A stretch of 64,000 bases of DNA, taken from NCBI GenBank assembly GCA_019459525.1, contig JAIBEY010000050.1, positions 5,588 to 69,587 of the forward strand, read 5' to 3'. Made by a program: the position numbers and the translations under genes. Numbering within the stretch: the first letter of the stretch is position 1; every line of letters starts with the position of its first letter. Positions 60,533-64,000 of the stretch are shown here, piece by piece. The DNA comes from Prolixibacteraceae bacterium. Its GTDB lineage: Bacteria > Bacteroidota > Bacteroidia > Bacteroidales > Prolixibacteraceae. The notes beneath the pieces are model-generated. The model was not told where the DNA came from, did no database searches, and saw only the letters and a list, made by a program, of their open reading frames with translations.

Positions 60533-60663
60533 AGACACTGTCGCAGTCTTCTGTCTCAGTTTCCGGTTTGGAAATCAACCCTTCAATTCACCCATCCTTC
60601 AATCCGCCTTAGAAAAGAAGTGTTACCTAAAAAAGATTATTTTTGCCCTAAATATCAATCATC

Positions 60664-61551
60664 ATGAAAAGAAAAAACTACAATATCGCATTGACTCAAA
60701 TTTCGCTGGACGGAACTCCTGAAGTGAACCTTAAAAAGTGCCTGGAATGGATTCACAAAGCCGTCCAACAGGGAGCCAATGTGGTTTGTTTACCCGAATT
60801 ATACAGTTCGTTCTACTTTTGCCAGAGCGAAAACCACGATTATTTCGATTTGGCAGAGCCGCTGCACAACGATTCGTACAAAGCCTTCAGCACACTGGCT
60901 AAAGAGTTGGGCGTGGTGCTGATTGTTCCGTTCTTCGAACGCAGGGCATCGGGTTTGTACCACAACTCGGCTTACATTATTGATACCGACGGATCGGAAG
61001 CCGGACTGTACCGCAAAATGCACATCCCGGACGATCCTAGCTACTACGAAAAGTTCTATTTCACACCCGGAGATATTGGCTTCAAGGCTTTCGATACCAA
61101 AGTAGGCAAAATCGGAACCTTAATTTGCTGGGATCAGTGGTATCCGGAAGGAGCACGGATTACAGCTTTGCAAGGCGCTGATGTACTCTTCTACCCCACC
61201 GCGATTGGCTGGCATCCGTCTGAAAAAGCACAATATGGCGAAAAACAACACGATGCCTGGCGCACCGTTCAGCGCGGACATGCGGTGGCCAATGGTATTT
61301 TTGTGGCAGCCTGCAACCGCGTAGGTTTCGAAAAACCGGTTGAAACATCGGCAGGAATCGAATTCTGGGGAGCTTCGTTTATTGCAGGCCCGCAAGGCGA
61401 AATACTGGCAGAAGCCTCGCACGACAAGGAAGAAATCATCATGGCCGAAATCGATCACACCCTGATGGAAGACGTCCGCCGAAACTGGCCTTTCCTCCGC
61501 GACCGCCGCATTGATGCGTATGGCGATATAACGAAGAGGTTTATTGATTAA
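60664..61551 (+). CDS. aguB: Carbon-nitrogen hydrolase, N-carbamoylputrescine amidase type
   Basis: CLPEL, YRKMHIPDDPSYYEKFYFTPGD, ICWDQWYPE and RRNWPFLRDRR. Confidence 0.88.
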   Translation: MKRKNYNIALTQISLDGTPEVNLKKCLEWIHKAVQQGANVVCLPELYSSFYFCQSENHDYFDLAEPLHNDSYKAFSTLAKELGVVLIVPFFERRASGLYHNSAYIIDTDGSEAGLYRKMHIPDDPSYYEKFYFTPGDIGFKAFDTKVGKIGTLICWDQWYPEGARITALQGADVLFYPTAIGWHPSEKAQYGEKQHDAWRTVQRGHAVANGIFVAACNRVGFEKPVETSAGIEFWGASFIAGPQGEILAEASHDKEEIIMAEIDHTLMEDVRRNWPFLRDRRIDAYGDITKRFID

Positions 61552-61554
61552 AAA

Positions 61555-62598
61555 ATGGATGAAGGATTGAACATACCTGATTTTGGGAACTGGATTGGTG
61601 AGCTGAAATCCAGAATCTATGAAGCACGACGGAGAATTGCTTTTGCCATAAATTCTCAACTGCTTGAATTGTATTGGGAGATTGGAAAATCGATTGCTGA
61701 GAAACAGGAGAAAGCTAATTGGGGAAGTAATTTTATTGAGCAGGTTGCGATCGAATTAAAACATGAATTTCCTGATATCAAAGGATTTTCGCGACGAAAT
61801 TTATATGCAATAAGTCAATGGTATAAATTCTATTCTGAAAAATATCAATTTGTGCCACAGACCGTGGCACAAATCCCTTGGGGGCATAACAGGCTCATCA
61901 TTTCCAAAATAAAAAATATAGAAGAAGCAGAATTCTATTGTAACGAAATACTGAAAACTGGATGGGACAGAGACACTCTGGAAATTCAAATCTCCAATAA
62001 TCTATTCGAAAAAGTTGGCAAAGCAACAAATAACTTCTCCGAAACTTTACCAATATCTCAATCAACACTCGTATCACAAACATTAAAAGATCCCTACAAT
62101 TTTGATTTTCTGGGATTACACGATGATGCACTCGAAAAAGCTATTGAAGATGAATTAGTTAAAAATATTACAAAATTTCTACTGGAACTTGGAAAGGGAT
62201 TTGCTTTTTTGGGAAGGCAGTATAAAATCGAAATTAGCGAAACCGATTACTTTATAGATCTTTTATTCTACCATTTGGAATTACGTTGCTATATTGTAAT
62301 TGAGTTGAAAGCCGGAAAATTTAAACCTGAACATGCAGGAAAGTTAAATTTCTACTTATCAGCAGTTGACAGCCAACTCAAAAGATCTGACGATAATAAA
62401 AGCATTGGAATACTTCTCTGTAGGAAAAAAGACAGGATAGAAGCAGAGTACACCCTTCGTGACATTAACAAACCAATGGGAATCAGCGAGTACAGGCTGA
62501 CAGATTCAATACCAGAACATATAAAAACTAAATTACCATCTATCGAAGAGCTAGAAAATAAATTGACTGAAAAAATGGATAAAGTAAAGGATAAGTAA
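61555..62598 (+). CDS. YhcG/DUF1016 family PD-(D/E)XK nuclease-like protein (second copy)
   Basis: LYWEIG, GFSRRNL, IPWGHN, LKDPYNFDFL, ELGKGFAFLGRQ, FIDLLFYHLELRCYIVIELK and GKLNFYL. Confidence 0.94.
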   Translation: MDEGLNIPDFGNWIGELKSRIYEARRRIAFAINSQLLELYWEIGKSIAEKQEKANWGSNFIEQVAIELKHEFPDIKGFSRRNLYAISQWYKFYSEKYQFVPQTVAQIPWGHNRLIISKIKNIEEAEFYCNEILKTGWDRDTLEIQISNNLFEKVGKATNNFSETLPISQSTLVSQTLKDPYNFDFLGLHDDALEKAIEDELVKNITKFLLELGKGFAFLGRQYKIEISETDYFIDLLFYHLELRCYIVIELKAGKFKPEHAGKLNFYLSAVDSQLKRSDDNKSIGILLCRKKDRIEAEYTLRDINKPMGISEYRLTDSIPEHIKTKLPSIEELENKLTEKMDKVKDK

Positions 62599-62731
62599 AA
62601 CCAGGAATTTGTAATCCACAAACACAATGAAACATTATCCTTCGACAATTCCCGACTAAGCGGGAAAAAGATATAACTACTTGTCTTCACTTCCGTCAGA
62701 AAACCACAAAAGTCAATATTTTTTTGAAATA

Positions 62732-63565
62732 ATGAAAAAACCAATTGCTATTTTATTCCTAATCACCCTCTTTTCGTGCAGCACCCCTCCAAAACCCGAA
62801 GGAGTTATCCTGAAAGTTCAGTACCAACCCGAAAAGACATACCATATTTCGACCATCAGAGGAACCGAAACGGTAATTACCTATTCGGGGCAAGAAATTG
62901 CCATGCGGAAGCTGAAAAGCATGCGCGTTAAAAACCCAACGATTTCGAAAGTAAGAACCAAAACCGATGCGGAATTGGTAACCGGGAAAAGTTCGGCAGA
63001 CTCCAGTTTTCAGGCCAACCTGACTTATAAAAAGATAATGAGTCTAGACGGGAACAATGAAATTCCCGAAGGCACTGTGGTACAAGGTGAAATCAAAGGC
63101 GAAGAGTTGCCAGCTTTTAATAAGGTTGTTTCCAATACACTCAGTATCGATCAACGAATCCAGCTTTTGCAAACGGTGCAAAACACATTTGAACAATTTA
63201 AATTTCCGGAACAAAGGCTTAAAATTGGTGATCAGTTTTCGGTTGATCGTCCGACACTGATGGCGATGGAAAGTTCAACCATTGATATTGTAGTTACTAC
63301 GACTTATACGCTGCTGAGTATAAAAAACGATATCGCTCAATTCGAACTCAGCCAGAGTTACCTGATGACCCCTAAAACGATGGATAATTCGTTCACTGGC
63401 ACCGGTAGCGGGAAAGGTCAGTTAAGTTATGATATCGCGAACTTCCTGATCACTGATTATTCCATCAAAACAGAGCTGGAAATGAATAAAAAACTCGATT
63501 ACTACGAGTTCGACCTGAAAACCGTGAATGAATTCAGCCAGACCACACAAATGGGAAAACAGTAG
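62732..63565 (+). CDS. Hypothetical lipoprotein (beta-rich)
   Basis: MKK...LFSC lipobox. No family assigned with confidence. Confidence 0.75.
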   Translation: MKKPIAILFLITLFSCSTPPKPEGVILKVQYQPEKTYHISTIRGTETVITYSGQEIAMRKLKSMRVKNPTISKVRTKTDAELVTGKSSADSSFQANLTYKKIMSLDGNNEIPEGTVVQGEIKGEELPAFNKVVSNTLSIDQRIQLLQTVQNTFEQFKFPEQRLKIGDQFSVDRPTLMAMESSTIDIVVTTTYTLLSIKNDIAQFELSQSYLMTPKTMDNSFTGTGSGKGQLSYDIANFLITDYSIKTELEMNKKLDYYEFDLKTVNEFSQTTQMGKQ

Positions 63566-63678
63566 AAAAATCATCTCATCTAAGCAGCTAATTTTAAGCG
63601 GCAAATAACTTCGATTTTAAGGTTAATCAACGCAACGAAAACTATTGAAGGCGGTTAGTGTTTATTATAAAAAAAGAC

Positions 63679-64000
63679 ATGAATATCACGGTAAAAATAA
63701 ACACAGTAAAATCGATAGAAGAGCTTGAAGGTTCGTGGAGTAATGATGACTTTACAGAGCTTTTAAAAAGATTCGATTATGAAGATTCGGAGAAACTAAA
63801 GCCCGGCGAGTTAAAAGAATATCTTTTTATGGCCATCTCCGACTTTGAGCCAAACGAGGCCGCTGTAATTCTTCTTGGTTATAAACTTCCGGAAACATTT
63901 TCGGAGGGTCAAATAGACAATCTCTCGCACGAGATGCTACGGGAAAAGATTTCAGAGAATTATTCTGATATCTATATCCACAAATTCTTATTTGAGGTCA
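63679..64000 (+). CDS. Hypothetical protein, 3'-truncated by the window edge
   Basis: Open frame MNITVKINTVKSIEELEGSWSNDDF...ELKEYLFMAISDFEPNEAA...GQIDNLSHEM to the end of the window. Confidence 0.7.
   Translation, partial: MNITVKINTVKSIEELEGSWSNDDFTELLKRFDYEDSEKLKPGELKEYLFMAISDFEPNEAAVILLGYKLPETFSEGQIDNLSHEMLREKISENYSDIYIHKFLFEV

Overview
A 64 kb chromosomal segment from a Bacteroidota bacterium, most likely Bacteroidales/Marinilabiliales of the Prolixibacteraceae type. This is inferred from SusC/SusD, a hybrid two-component system, a T9SS C-terminal domain, gldF/gldG next to dnaN, TAnnTTTG promoters and the tmRNA tag GENNYALAA. Housekeeping content: a 2-oxoacid dehydrogenase operon (E2 partial, lpdA, fused E1), an RsmF-type methyltransferase, cysH, MFS and MATE transporters, surE, lpxB, a GldF-GldG fusion, dnaN, an exonuclease, ssrA, clpB, ppdK, peptidases M64 and M1, a GH36 and a carbon-nitrogen hydrolase. 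Accessory content: a RelE/YafQ-type TA pair, two solo YhcG/DUF1016 nucleases, a ROK-SusC-SusD-PNGase locus, a T9SS beta-helix protein, a CoiA-like nuclease/coiled-coil protein next to a Schlafen(AlbA_2)-ATPase, and two small AT-rich islets flanked by duplications. The most striking signals are non-coding. (1) Two tandem paralogous ~90-nt minus-strand transcription units lie between clpB and ppdK. Each has its own promoter, identically phased GTTAA upstream sites, a conserved core antisense to an AUG-AAA-AAA start region, and a terminator. (2) Nested inverted heptamer arrays bracket a four-helix-bundle gene and lpdA, and 'empty' or one-sided arrays of other 7-9-mer families occur elsewhere. (3) A 1 kb repeat mosaic next to the TA pair contains a 41-bp tandem array and a ~280-bp imperfect palindrome. 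No CRISPR array, tRNA, rRNA, integrase, transposase or reverse transcriptase was seen. All protein calls come from motif recognition; no database searches were run.
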